NCBI RefSeq assembly: GCF_017876815.1
Contig: NZ_JAGIOS010000001.1
Coordinates: 2,910,001 to 2,942,000, forward strand
Direction: 5' to 3'
Length of the DNA: 32,000 nt
Origin: Sinorhizobium meliloti
GTDB lineage: Bacteria > Pseudomonadota > Alphaproteobacteria > Rhizobiales > Rhizobiaceae
This document shows positions 16,086 to 24,868 of this stretch, in pieces. The notes below the pieces were generated by a model that saw nothing but the letters and a program-made list of their open reading frames with translations, was not told the origin of the DNA and searched no databases. The first letter of the stretch is position 1, and every line of letters starts with the position of its first letter. A program made the translations under genes and the position numbers.

Positions 16086-17593
16086 TGACGCGGACAATGA
16101 TTGGCCGTGACAGTACGGGCGCAGGGTGCGTCAAAATCATGAAAAATGATGCTGACGACCCGCGCACCACGCCGGATAGCCAGCGGTCAAAGTTCCTCTA
16201 CAACTCAAAATACGCTCTGAACGCTTCGATCGCGCACATCGAGGTTATCAATTCGGGCTTCAGTGGGAGTACATACCAGTATTTCCCCGCGGGGTCGAAT
16301 TCAAGCAACTATCAAAAAGCGCTTGGTCAAGGCGGAGGGGAGGCGTGGTGGTTCTTCAGGAACTCCGCGTTCCCGAAGATGAAATACAATATGCCGCTAT
16401 TCGACGTGAAAGCCACGCGGACGAACACGGGACGGTTCAATCAACAGCGCATCCAGCGCCGCTATTCCGGCAAATACTACAATGACCAGGGTGGCTATTT
16501 CTTCATGGGGAACTGGGCTCAAGAGCCTTGGGTGAAGAACTTCAGCGGCGTTGTCAGTCAGTATGGATCGTTTCCCTACGGGACGTTTGCTCACATCACA
16601 ACGTCCACGCTCGACGACGCTTACAACCGTTTTCAGTCGAGAGACAAACGGCTGATTGTGTGGAACCTCCCCGGCAATGAGGATCCTTCACTCGAGGCTC
16701 CCGCATTGGCACCGAACGGCGCAAAGAACATCATCATCCGTTCGGACAAAATGGTGATCGCTAAGCCGGGCTACAACGCAGAAACTGCGACCGAGTGGCA
16801 AGTCGCCTTCGACAGCCGACGCGTTCCAGTCAAGGTTATCGCGGCTGCAGACATCGCGATCCCTGCGGGAGAGTCGTTCTATGAAACGGGCATCACCTTG
16901 CCTAACACCATCGCTCTCGACGTTCACTTCTACACGGGGTCAACAATCTACTATCCGTGGACGCCGAACTTGGGCGACGGTGTAGGGGCGGACTATTGGT
17001 TCAGCGGTTCACGTATCTATTTCAACGCGTCCGGAGCAATGCGAGCCCGATTTATGCTCTACCTCGATGCGGGGGATAGTCCGACAAGCGGCAGCAACCG
17101 CGTGCTTCGGGAGTTCACTGAGGGCGGTCAGGACGTCGTGCAGTTCTTGCGTCCAGGATCAGCCAACCCGCCGTCATGGGCCGATATCGTCATAGATACC
17201 CGGTGGCCGTGCGTTCAGATCATCGCGGAAGGCTATTTCAATGTAGCGGTAGGAAGCCCGCTCGAAACGGTGATCAATTTCGACGCGGCCGGAATGTTTC
17301 CGATGGTCAAATATATGACCAAGCACGGTGGCGGCTCAGAACAGAATTTTGGGAGTTGGCAAGAAGCTATCAAGCTCCCGTCGGTACGCCAACGCGTCTA
17401 TTCGAGCAACAGCAATTTTGAGTGCGGTGATAGCTCGCATTGCCGGCTCACACAGACAAGCGCAACGTTTGTCACCAATCGCGGCCAGCCCGGCGATTAC
17501 TACAACGATGCAGACGACCCCGGCACGTGGCGCACGGACGGCGCCGATAACGTGCTCGGCATCCGCTACTACATTCTCGGCATCCCAGCTTAG
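16085..17593 (+). CDS. tail-module protein of unknown function (502 aa), candidate receptor-binding component
   Basis: A long ORF translationally coupled to the upstream ORF, lying between the host-specificity and tail-fibre genes. Rich in Gly, Asn, Ser and Tyr. I recognise no family. Confidence 0.7.
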   Translation: MTRTMIGRDSTGAGCVKIMKNDADDPRTTPDSQRSKFLYNSKYALNASIAHIEVINSGFSGSTYQYFPAGSNSSNYQKALGQGGGEAWWFFRNSAFPKMKYNMPLFDVKATRTNTGRFNQQRIQRRYSGKYYNDQGGYFFMGNWAQEPWVKNFSGVVSQYGSFPYGTFAHITTSTLDDAYNRFQSRDKRLIVWNLPGNEDPSLEAPALAPNGAKNIIIRSDKMVIAKPGYNAETATEWQVAFDSRRVPVKVIAAADIAIPAGESFYETGITLPNTIALDVHFYTGSTIYYPWTPNLGDGVGADYWFSGSRIYFNASGAMRARFMLYLDAGDSPTSGSNRVLREFTEGGQDVVQFLRPGSANPPSWADIVIDTRWPCVQIIAEGYFNVAVGSPLETVINFDAAGMFPMVKYMTKHGGGSEQNFGSWQEAIKLPSVRQRVYSSNSNFECGDSSHCRLTQTSATFVTNRGQPGDYYNDADDPGTWRTDGADNVLGIRYYILGIPA

Positions 17594-17604
17594 GAACTCC
17601 TGAC

Positions 17605-18729
17605 ATGACGATACCCTATGTAACGGGCACGGTATCCGTGACCGCCGGCAGCGCCGTGGTGACCGGTTCCGGGACCGCCTGGGCCACGGCGTTGATTGCC
17701 GGCGGGCTCTTCGGGCTCGACAGCAGCAACGGCAACCCGGTCCCGATCCTCTCCGTCGACAGCAATACGCAATTGACGCTGGCCAAGCCATGGCGGGGCA
17801 CGACGGCGGCCGGGCAGGGATACTGGATCATTCGTGACACTGCATATCTGCAGCAGCAGACCGTCAACGCTCAGGCGCTCTCGACCTATATCCAGCGGCT
17901 CGACAATGCGGTGCTGTCGGTTTTGGCCGGCCTTACGCCGGCTGCTGACAGGCTTGCCTATTTCACTGGCCCCAACTCTGGCGCGCTTGCGGACATCAAG
18001 GCGAAGGGGCGCGACCTGCTTTCGTCGACGAACGTGCTCGACGCCCTTCTGAAGCTCGGGCCGGTGTGGGGCGGCTCCGTTCGGTCACCTGCTAACAGCG
18101 ATGTCGGCTTGGTCGATGGCGATCTCAACACTATAACCATTGCTGGGGTTTATACGCTTGCGGGAAACTGGGCCAACACCTACGCCGGCGCCGCCTCGAC
18201 AGCCACGACCGGAACGCTGGTCGTGCTCCAGCGAAGCTCCAACGCCGTCTTTCAGTATTTCTACCGGGACAACAACCAGGTCTTCAGGAGGAACACCGTC
18301 AACGGCGGCACAAGCTGGACGGACTGGACGATCGTGGAGCTTCCGGTTGTAGGCACTGCCTCAAACTCGGCAGGTTTCCCGGCTGGCGCAATCATTGAGC
18401 GGGGCAGCAACGCCAACGGCGAGTACGTGCGTTTTGCTGACGGTACACAGATCTGTTGGGGAACTGGAACCATCAACGTCTCGACTGCCCTCAACAATCA
18501 CTTCGGATCTACCTCTGGAGCCTCGGTCACCGGCAACGCGCTAATCAGCTTCCCGGCGACGTTCTCGAATACAAACTACTCGGTGTCTGTCCTCCCGACC
18601 TTCCGCGGCTTCACAGTCCTTGGTGCCTACTCCAAGAACGGCGCCAATGCCGCCGTCAGGATGGGCGTATCAGGCTCAACCGCAAACGATGTTCCCTATG
18701 AATGGTCAGCTTTCGGAAGGTGGTTCTGA
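17605..18729 (+). CDS. tail fibre protein with pyocin-knob-like domain
   Basis: The N-terminus TGTVSVTAGSAVVTGSGTAW is typical of alphaproteobacterial phage fibres. The central block DLNTITIAGVYTLAGNWAN...GTLVVLQRSSNAVFQYFYR...TSWTDWT matches the pyocin knob pattern from memory. Confidence 0.75.
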   Translation: MTIPYVTGTVSVTAGSAVVTGSGTAWATALIAGGLFGLDSSNGNPVPILSVDSNTQLTLAKPWRGTTAAGQGYWIIRDTAYLQQQTVNAQALSTYIQRLDNAVLSVLAGLTPAADRLAYFTGPNSGALADIKAKGRDLLSSTNVLDALLKLGPVWGGSVRSPANSDVGLVDGDLNTITIAGVYTLAGNWANTYAGAASTATTGTLVVLQRSSNAVFQYFYRDNNQVFRRNTVNGGTSWTDWTIVELPVVGTASNSAGFPAGAIIERGSNANGEYVRFADGTQICWGTGTINVSTALNNHFGSTSGASVTGNALISFPATFSNTNYSVSVLPTFRGFTVLGAYSKNGANAAVRMGVSGSTANDVPYEWSAFGRWF

Positions 18730-19076
18730 TGATAATTGATCTCTCTCCCCAGCGCCGCGATGACTTCCTGGAGGTCACAAGGGCTGGTGACGCCCTCACG
18801 ATCAACGGTGTGGCATTCGACTTCTCAGCGTTGCCGGACGGTGCGACGATACCGGCCGGCGAGGTTCCTTGTGGATGGCTTGTCGGCCCCGTCGAACGGA
18901 TCGCCGGCGAGCTTCACCTGACGCTCATCCTGCCGCACGGCCCGAGCCCCTCTCAGGCCGTCGCATTTCCTCCGCCGCTCATCGACCCGCCCGACGGGGT
19001 GATTGCATTGCCGGCCGATCTGGCACCGTCGATCCCTGATCCTGCTGAAGAGGAGCCTGCCAATGTGGACGGTTGA
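18729..19076 (+). CDS. hypothetical tail-fibre-associated protein (115 aa)
   Basis: ATG at 18729 overlaps the fibre gene stop (ATGA). The C-terminus is Pro-rich. Confidence 0.65.
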   Translation: MIIDLSPQRRDDFLEVTRAGDALTINGVAFDFSALPDGATIPAGEVPCGWLVGPVERIAGELHLTLILPHGPSPSQAVAFPPPLIDPPDGVIALPADLAPSIPDPAEEEPANVDG

Positions 19077-19318
19077 CCTATCGAAAGTTGTCACGGCCGA
19101 GCAGAAGGCTGCGGAAATGCGCGCCGCGCTCCAGGCGCAATACTCCGCCGCCATCCAGGCGCATCTCGATGCCAAGGCGCGTGAGCGACAATATGACGGC
19201 ATCCAGACCGCCATCACCTATCGCGGCGACCCGAACCCGCAATTCTCGGCTGAAGGCGAGGCGCTCTTCGCCTGGCGATCGGCGGTGTGGACCTATTCCA
19301 CGGACGAGCTGGTGAAGG
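19063..19318 (+). pseudogene. 5' part of last tail-module gene, interrupted by IS66-family element
   Basis: The ORF from ATG 19063 (MWTVDLSKVVTAEQKAAEMRAALQ...) runs into the IS left end at 19319 and stops inside it at 19359. Confidence 0.8.
19311..19318. repeat. target site duplication GGTGAAGG (left)
   Basis: An identical 8-mer abuts the right end at 22013-22020. IS66 elements make 8-bp duplications. Confidence 0.85.
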
Positions 19319-19407
19319 GTAAGCGCCGTCTCCGCCCCATTGGACAGGCTGTATTTTGAGGCTGGCTGGGCGTGCGAAAAGGTTTCCAGGACTATCTGGA
19401 GATTTGC

Positions 19408-19851
19408 ATGGCAGATGATGGATTTGTTGGGCGCTACGAAGTTGTCGAGCCGCGCCGCGGAAACCGACGTTGGCCGGATGCTGTGAAGGCGCGGATCGTC
19501 GCGGAAAGCCTTGAGCCTGGTGTTCGTGTTGTTGATGTCGCGCGCCGTCATGACGTTGTTCCGCACCAGCTTTCCTTCTGGCGCCGACAAGCGCGCGAGG
19601 GCATTCTGGCGCTGCCGTTTGAGGCTATGCCGGGCCTGTCGGAGAGCGGCGATGCCGAGCCTGCATTTGTGCCTTTGGCGATTGCGGCAGAGCCGAGCGA
19701 GGCTGTGAGTGTTTTGGCGCCGCCGCTGTCGGAGGCGGTTTCGTCGGTCTTGACGTTGGAGATCGGCCCGGACGTTGTGTTGCGGGTTCCCGGCGATGTA
19801 TCGGTTGAACGTGTGGCGGCCCTGGTGCGCGCCATTCGAGGGACGGCATGA
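19408..19851 (+). CDS. tnpA: IS66 accessory protein TnpA (Orf1)
   Basis: RRWPDAVKARIVAESLEPGVRVVDVARRHDVVPHQLSFWRRQ matches the IS66 Orf1 HTH pattern. Its stop overlaps the tnpB start (ATGA). Confidence 0.85.
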   Translation: MADDGFVGRYEVVEPRRGNRRWPDAVKARIVAESLEPGVRVVDVARRHDVVPHQLSFWRRQAREGILALPFEAMPGLSESGDAEPAFVPLAIAAEPSEAVSVLAPPLSEAVSSVLTLEIGPDVVLRVPGDVSVERVAALVRAIRGTA

Positions 19852-20201
19852 TCGTCGCGGGCCAACGACTGCCGATCCTGGTTGCAACGCGGCCGGTGGA
19901 CTTCCGCTGTGGGCATCAGGCGCTGGCTCTGATGATGCAGACCGAGTTGAAGCTCGACCCGCATTCCGGGGTGACGGTGATCTTCCGGTCGAAGCGCGGT
20001 GATCGTCTGAAAATCCTGGTATGGGATGGCACCGGCATGGTGCTAACCTACAAAATTCTTGAACATGGAAGCTTTGCCTGGCCCAAGGTTCAGGATGGGA
20101 CGATGCGTCTTTCCAGGGGGCAATACGAAGCTTTGTTCGAAGGTCTTGATTGGCGACGGGTGATGGCGCAACGGGTGACGGCGCCGTCGGCGGCAGGGTG
20201 A
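19848..20201 (+). CDS. tnpB: IS66 Orf2 protein TnpB
   Basis: 117 aa. The motifs VDFRCGHQALALMMQ and GDRLKILVWDGTGMVL are typical of IS66 Orf2. Confidence 0.85.
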   Translation: MIVAGQRLPILVATRPVDFRCGHQALALMMQTELKLDPHSGVTVIFRSKRGDRLKILVWDGTGMVLTYKILEHGSFAWPKVQDGTMRLSRGQYEALFEGLDWRRVMAQRVTAPSAAG

Positions 20202-20263
20202 GTATCCGGCCGTCTTTGCATTGTTTTGTTTGGCTTTTTTGTGCTGCCTTGCTATAAGGCCGC

Positions 20264-21916
20264 ATGTCGTCACCCCTTGATCTCAGCCTGTTTCCGAACC
20301 TTCCGCCAGAGGTGGTGAAGGCGTTTGCGGCGATGCAGTTCGAGCTGTCGGTCGAGCGTGCTGCGCGTCAGCATGAGCAGGCTGTGGTGGCCGAAAAGGA
20401 CGCGTTCATCGCCGAGTTGAAGGAACTGATCGAGAAGCTTGAGGGGCAGGTTCACGACTATCGGCGCACGAAGTTCGGGCCGAAATCGGAAAAGCTCGAT
20501 CCGGCGCAGATGGAACTGGCGCTGGAAGACCTTGAAACGGCGATTGCCGAAACACAGGCGCGGATCGCCGCCGTCGAGAAAAAGATCGAAGCAAGCGCAT
20601 CCGATCCGGACAAGGCCGTTCCTCGCAAGGAGCGTAAGGCCCGTGCACTGCCCGAACACCTGCCGCGGGTCGAGAGAGTGATCGAGCCTGAGAGCATCGT
20701 TTGTCCCTGCGGTTGCGGCAACATGGTCCGGATCGGCGAAGACCGGACGGAACGGCTCGACCGGGTCCCGGCGCGCTACGAGGTGATCGTCACGATCCGC
20801 CCGAAATACGCCTGCCCCAAGGGTCGAACGGGCGTCGTCCAGGCCAGAGCGCCGGCGCATCTCTTGGAAGGGAGCTGGCCGACCGAAGCCCTTCTGGCTG
20901 AGATTGCCGTCTCCAAGCATTCCGAACATATGCCGCTCAACCGGCAGGCCGAGGTCATGGCGCGACACGGGGTGCCGATAGACCGCACCGTCCTGGCCGA
21001 TTGGATGGGCAGGACGGGTGCTGCGATCGCGCCGGTGGTCGACCATATGGCCAAACGGCTGCTGTGGGAAAGCACGCGGCTTTATGTCGACGAGACAACG
21101 GCTCCGGTGCTTGATCCGGGGCGAGGCAAGACGAAGACCGGTTATCTATGGGCCGTGTTGCGTGACGATCGCGGCTGGAATGGCTCTGCGCCGTCGGGCG
21201 TGGTGTTCCATTATCGACCTGGGCGTAAAGGCGAATATGCCGCTGAAATCCTCGACGGGTTTAACGGGACAATCCAAGTGGATGCCTACGGTGGTTACTC
21301 TCACCTCGCCACGTCGGACCGGGTGGGTGGCGATCCCTTGAGGCTGGCTTTCTGTTGGGCGCACGGGCGCAGAAAGCTGATCAAGGCCACGCCAAAGAGT
21401 GGATCGCCCATCGTCGACGAGGCGCTGGTGCGGATCGCCGCGCTCTACAAGATCGAAGACAGTATCCGTGGCTCAGATCCCGAACATCGCCGGGCAGTTC
21501 GACAGGACCTCTCCCTCCCGCTGGTGGACGCGTTCTTCGCCTGGCTGGCAGCGCAAGCCAAGCGCGTCTCACGCAAGTCTGACCTCGGAAAAGCCCTGGC
21601 CTATATGCTAACGCGGCAGGACGGGTTCCGGCTGTTCCTGGACGACGGCCACGTCGATATCGACTCCAACCTGGTGGAAAACGCGATCCGCCGACCGGCC
21701 ATGAACCGCCGCAATGCGCTCTTTGCGGGGCACGATGAAGGGGGCCGCAATTGGGCCCGGTTTGCCAGCCTGATCGGCACTTGTAAAATGAACGGCGTTG
21801 AGCCCTACGCCTATCTGTGCGATCTCTTCACCCGCCTCGCAAACGGCCACCTCGCCAAAGACATCGATGCCCTGATGCCATGGGCCTATGCCGCCCGCAT
21901 CACGGCCTCACAATGA
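20264..21916 (+). CDS. tnpC: IS66-family DDE transposase TnpC
   Basis: 550 aa. N-terminal leucine-zipper-like region, the zinc-finger motif CPCGCG...YACP, and the blocks VDETTAPVL, YLWA, QVDAYGGY and CWAHGRRK are typical of IS66 transposases. Confidence 0.9.
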   Translation: MSSPLDLSLFPNLPPEVVKAFAAMQFELSVERAARQHEQAVVAEKDAFIAELKELIEKLEGQVHDYRRTKFGPKSEKLDPAQMELALEDLETAIAETQARIAAVEKKIEASASDPDKAVPRKERKARALPEHLPRVERVIEPESIVCPCGCGNMVRIGEDRTERLDRVPARYEVIVTIRPKYACPKGRTGVVQARAPAHLLEGSWPTEALLAEIAVSKHSEHMPLNRQAEVMARHGVPIDRTVLADWMGRTGAAIAPVVDHMAKRLLWESTRLYVDETTAPVLDPGRGKTKTGYLWAVLRDDRGWNGSAPSGVVFHYRPGRKGEYAAEILDGFNGTIQVDAYGGYSHLATSDRVGGDPLRLAFCWAHGRRKLIKATPKSGSPIVDEALVRIAALYKIEDSIRGSDPEHRRAVRQDLSLPLVDAFFAWLAAQAKRVSRKSDLGKALAYMLTRQDGFRLFLDDGHVDIDSNLVENAIRRPAMNRRNALFAGHDEGGRNWARFASLIGTCKMNGVEPYAYLCDLFTRLANGHLAKDIDALMPWAYAARITASQ

Positions 21917-22012
21917 GCTCGTCAGGTACTCTTCGGTGAGCTCATTTGACCGCCGAGGATCGGCCTCAGATCGCCGCAACTGAAAAATCAATGGGGCGTG
22001 GACGTCGCATAC

Positions 22013-22020
22013 GGTGAAGG
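22013..22020. repeat. target site duplication GGTGAAGG (right)
   Basis: See the left copy. Confidence 0.85.
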
Positions 22021-22100
22021 TGCTGGCCGGCGAGCGACTGCAGCCCAGCCTCGAAGAGTTCATGGCCGAGTTGCCGGTGTTTGAGTGGCCGCAGTCGTAG
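22021..22100 (+). pseudogene. 3' part of the IS-interrupted tail-module gene
   Basis: Joining 19318 to 22021 (removing the IS and one duplication copy) keeps the frame: ...DELVK-VLAGERLQPSLEEFMAELPVFEWPQS*. This gives a 111-codon ORF. Confidence 0.75.
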
Positions 22101-22230
22101 GGGTTGGGTCTCTCGCCCATTCGGGGACAGCAATCGCTGAACTGAGCAATATGGCCGGCAGCGCCAGCGCAGCGAGGAACCTGATCACGCTCTTCCGATA
22201 AGATCGCTTGCCGTCCCAATCGTAAGACAT
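22060..22230 (-). CDS. possible small membrane protein (56 aa)
   Basis: An internal ATG at 22230 has a GAAGAGG SD (MSYDWDGKRSYRKSVIRFLAALALPAILLSSAIAV...). One TM helix. It overlaps the 3' fragment of the disrupted gene. Confidence 0.3.
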   Translation of the reverse strand: MSYDWDGKRSYRKSVIRFLAALALPAILLSSAIAVPEWARDPTPTTAATQTPATRP

Positions 22231-22429
22231 TGTGTTCGCCTCTTCGTGATCCGAACGACGGCTCCGGCTGAACCGTATGGTCACGGTTTCCGATACTGGT
22301 CGAGTGAATTTAGGTGAAACATGCTCGGGAAACTCTTCCCGTCGCCCTCGAACTCATGTTCGGGGATGAGGGCAACCATCCTTGTTGGGGAACGTTTCGT
22401 TCCAGGGGGCGCACCGAAGGAGGAGTGCG

Positions 22430-22525
22430 ATGCGTCCTGATGAGCGCGTCAAGATAATAGAATGGACTGCAGCTCTCGCCGCAGCCGCTTTCGTAGCGGC
22501 GCTTGTCGTGGCGCTGGTGTCCTGA
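22430..22525 (+). CDS. possible 31-aa single-TM peptide
   Basis: Hand translation gives MRPDERVKIIEWTAALAAAAFVAALVVALVS*. A very strong SD (GAAGGAGGAG) lies 5 nt upstream of the ATG. It is below the track size cutoff. Confidence 0.4.
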   Translation: MRPDERVKIIEWTAALAAAAFVAALVVALVS

Positions 22526-22536
22526 GGACGTCACTT

Positions 22537-22776
22537 TCAACGAAGGCCGGAGAATTCCCGCTGTGTCCGAATGTAAGTGATGGCGGCAGCTTCTAGGCTT
22601 CTGCACTCAGCTTCGCATCCAATCAGGGCGTCGTCGTCTTTCTCCGCGGCGCATCGAAGTCCGTCGCGGCGCAGACACGCATGTTCGTAAGCCACGCAAA
22701 GCTTCAGAAATACGGAGCTGTTCATCATCCACGCGCTAGCACGCAGATCTGGTGCCGCCAAAAACAACCGGGCCAT
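22537..22776 (-). CDS. possible Cys-rich small protein (79 aa)
   Basis: An internal ATG at 22776 is preceded by AAGGCAGGA. The product has six Cys residues. The long N-terminal extension in the track ORF looks non-coding. Low-GC region. Confidence 0.3.
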   Translation of the reverse strand: MARLFLAAPDLRASAWMMNSSVFLKLCVAYEHACLRRDGLRCAAEKDDDALIGCEAECRSLEAAAITYIRTQREFSGLR

Positions 22777-22928
22777 TCCTGCCTTCTGCGCATTCATGGC
22801 GGTGTTCGCTTTCGTTTGAGAGCTAATTCGTCTTAACGGGTGCTTCGAGGGAATAGTTCCACCAAGTTGACCGGCACTGGGATTGAGCAACTCAAGAAAT
22901 CGAATAGCTAAAAGGGGTCCGGCTCGGC

Positions 22929-23102
22929 TTATGTCGGGATTGGCTCGATCGGTCTTGCTGCTAGGGCTTTGAGGTCCTCGGCGAGGCCGGCAAGCTGTGC
23001 CGCAAAGTCCAGAAGGTTCGAAGCGGCGCACTGTGCCGCGATTTCTGAGAGGTCAGAAGCCGGCTCGATTGGGCCGGCGCTTTTCGCTTTGCTATCGTCC
23101 AT
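22929..23102 (-). CDS. possible small acidic helical protein (57 aa)
   Basis: Internal ATG at 23102 (MDDSKAKSAGPIEPASDLSEIAAQ...). The SD is weak. It would form a minus-strand pair with 22537-22776. Confidence 0.2.
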   Translation of the reverse strand: MDDSKAKSAGPIEPASDLSEIAAQCAASNLLDFAAQLAGLAEDLKALAARPIEPIPT

Positions 23103-23298
23103 GTTCAATTCCCATTTCCACTGATGTGGATCAATGGCGAGGCCCGTCAAGGGCCGCGGGCCAGTGACGAGCCTCCCGGCCGCCTGCGAGGGGGGGCAAA
23201 GCGACCAACGTCAGTCTAAACCCGAACACTGCGGGCCGCCATGCACCAGTGTGTGTGGCTAGCCGCCAAGCTTCCCCAACGACAATCAGGAGAAATCG

Positions 23299-24267
23299 AT
23301 GAGCGCCATCACCGCTCAGCACGTTCGCGCTGCCGCAAAGGGCAGGGTGAACGAGAGCAACGTCGCGTCCGTGATCGTGGCGCTGGATAGATACGGGGAG
23401 CGTTTCGGCATGGATCGGCCGCACCGGCTCGCCCAGTACTTCGCCCAGCTCATGCACGAAAGTGGCGACTTCCGCTACGACCGGGAGCTCTGGGGCCCGA
23501 CGCCGGCACAGCAGCGCTACGACGCCCGAACCGATCTCGGCAACACGCCGGAGAAGGATGGCGACGGGTATCGTTACCGTGGCCGTACCGGCATGCAACT
23601 CACCGGCAAGGACAACTATCGCCAGTTCCGCGACTGGTGCCGAGCGGCCGGGCTCGATTGCCCGGACTTCGTCAAGGAACCTGATGCGGTGAACACCGAT
23701 CCTTGGGAAGGCCTGGTGCCTCTGTTCTACTGGGACACGCGGGATCTGAACCGCTGGGCCGACGAGGGCGACGCCGAGACCATCACGAAGAAGATCAACG
23801 GCGGTAAGAACGGCCTGGCCGACCGGTTCGACCGACTTGCGCGGATCTCGCTCGTTCTCCTCGGTTACCGTGCCGACAACGTCCTTCAGTTCCAGGCTGA
23901 CCAGCGCCTGCAGGTGGACGGCGACGTCGGCCCGAAAACGCGCGCTGCGATGCACACGGCGCTTGTGGCTCTCACCCCGGGCGAAGCGGCACGGCCGGAG
24001 GTCAAAGCGGCGCCCGTAACAGAGGAGAAGCCGGTACCGGTTCCCGTCACGCCGCCTAGCCTCGATGCGCCGTGGTGGAAGTCGAAAGAGGTGATCACGC
24101 CGTCTGTCATCGGCGGCGGCGCTTCGTTGCTTACCGCGATCGGCGGCATACCATGGCAAAACCTGCTCCTGATCCTCGTCGCATTCGGGGGCATCGCCGG
24201 CTTCCTCTACTGGCGCAAGAACGCCGATCGGAAGGCGGTCGCCAAGCAGGTAGAGGGGATGGCCTGA
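23299..24267 (+). CDS. endolysin: GH19-type muramidase/chitinase domain + PG_binding_1 domain + C-terminal double hydrophobic anchor
   Basis: AGGAGA SD. YFAQLMHESGDFRYDRE...GDGYRYRGRTGMQLTGKDNY matches COG3179/GH19 phage lysins. LQVDGDVGPKTRAAMH is the PG_binding_1 motif. The C-terminus has two TM-like stretches (VIGGGASLLTAIGGI and LLLILVAFGGIAGFLYW). Confidence 0.85.
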   Translation: MSAITAQHVRAAAKGRVNESNVASVIVALDRYGERFGMDRPHRLAQYFAQLMHESGDFRYDRELWGPTPAQQRYDARTDLGNTPEKDGDGYRYRGRTGMQLTGKDNYRQFRDWCRAAGLDCPDFVKEPDAVNTDPWEGLVPLFYWDTRDLNRWADEGDAETITKKINGGKNGLADRFDRLARISLVLLGYRADNVLQFQADQRLQVDGDVGPKTRAAMHTALVALTPGEAARPEVKAAPVTEEKPVPVPVTPPSLDAPWWKSKEVITPSVIGGGASLLTAIGGIPWQNLLLILVAFGGIAGFLYWRKNADRKAVAKQVEGMA

Positions 24268-24584
24268 TGGCTGCCCTATCGAGAAAGCTCCGCAGCGTCG
24301 AGGGCGGCCGGCTCATGTTCTGGTGCCCGGGCTGCGATGGCGCCCACCACGTCGGCGTCGGCGCCGGACCGGGGCCTCGCTGGGGATACAACGGCAACCC
24401 GGATGCGCCAACTTTCACTCCTTCGGTACTTGTCACCTACGACGGTCCAGACGCCGGCAAGGACGGTGCGCCGCCTGCAATCTGTCATTCGTTCGTGACC
24501 GACGGCAGCATCCAATTCCTTTCGGACTGCACGCATGCGCTCGCTGGCCAGACAGTCGACATACCAAACTGGGAGGAGGCGTGA
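24267..24584 (+). CDS. small Cys/His-rich phage protein (DUF6527-like)
   Basis: ATG at 24267 overlaps the endolysin stop. LMFWCPGCDGAHHV...W.YNGNPDAPTFTPSVLV...CHSFVTDGSIQFLSDCTHALAGQTV matches the DUF6527 pattern from memory. Confidence 0.65.
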   Translation: MAALSRKLRSVEGGRLMFWCPGCDGAHHVGVGAGPGPRWGYNGNPDAPTFTPSVLVTYDGPDAGKDGAPPAICHSFVTDGSIQFLSDCTHALAGQTVDIPNWEEA

Positions 24585-24868
24585 TGTTCAGCCGCCTCTC
24601 TCTGGCCGCTGGCGCTGTTGCCGGCGGCATCCTCGTCTTTATCGGCATGCAGACGGTCAACGCGCTCTGGATCATCCCCGGAGCGCGGGAAGAGGGCCGG
24701 AAGCTCGAACGCGCCGAACTCGAAGCCGCCACCACCAAAGCAATCGGAGAACTCGCCAATGAAGCTGATCAGGCTCGGGTTAATCGTCGCCTCTGCATTG
24801 AGCGCGGCCGGGTGTATCTCAACTCAAGCGGTAAATGCGTCGAAAGACCGTCTCAACCAGGCGGCTAG
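24584..24868 (+). CDS. i-spanin candidate (type II membrane protein, 94 aa)
   Basis: ATG at 24584 overlaps the upstream stop. One N-terminal TM helix (LSLAAGAVAGGILVFIGM) is followed by a charged helical periplasmic part. A lipoprotein ORF overlaps its 3' end in another frame. Confidence 0.55.
   Translation: MFSRLSLAAGAVAGGILVFIGMQTVNALWIIPGAREEGRKLERAELEAATTKAIGELANEADQARVNRRLCIERGRVYLNSSGKCVERPSQPGG

Larger units (their letters stand above)
19319..22012 (+). mobile_element. IS66-family insertion sequence (2694 bp) with tnpA, tnpB, tnpC
   Basis: Terminal inverted repeats start with GTAAGCG, as is typical of IS66; 20 of 24 positions match between the ends. The element is flanked by the 8-bp direct repeat GGTGAAGG and has the three-ORF IS66 organisation. 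Confidence 0.9.

Noticed and set aside
19078-20265. 395-aa minus-strand ORF
   Set aside because: It is antisense to IS66 tnpA/tnpB and spans the IS boundary. Its Arg/Pro/Ser-rich composition also argues against coding.
23131-24159. 342-aa minus-strand ORF
   Set aside because: It is antisense to the endolysin gene, which has clear catalytic and PG-binding motifs. It is a shadow ORF.
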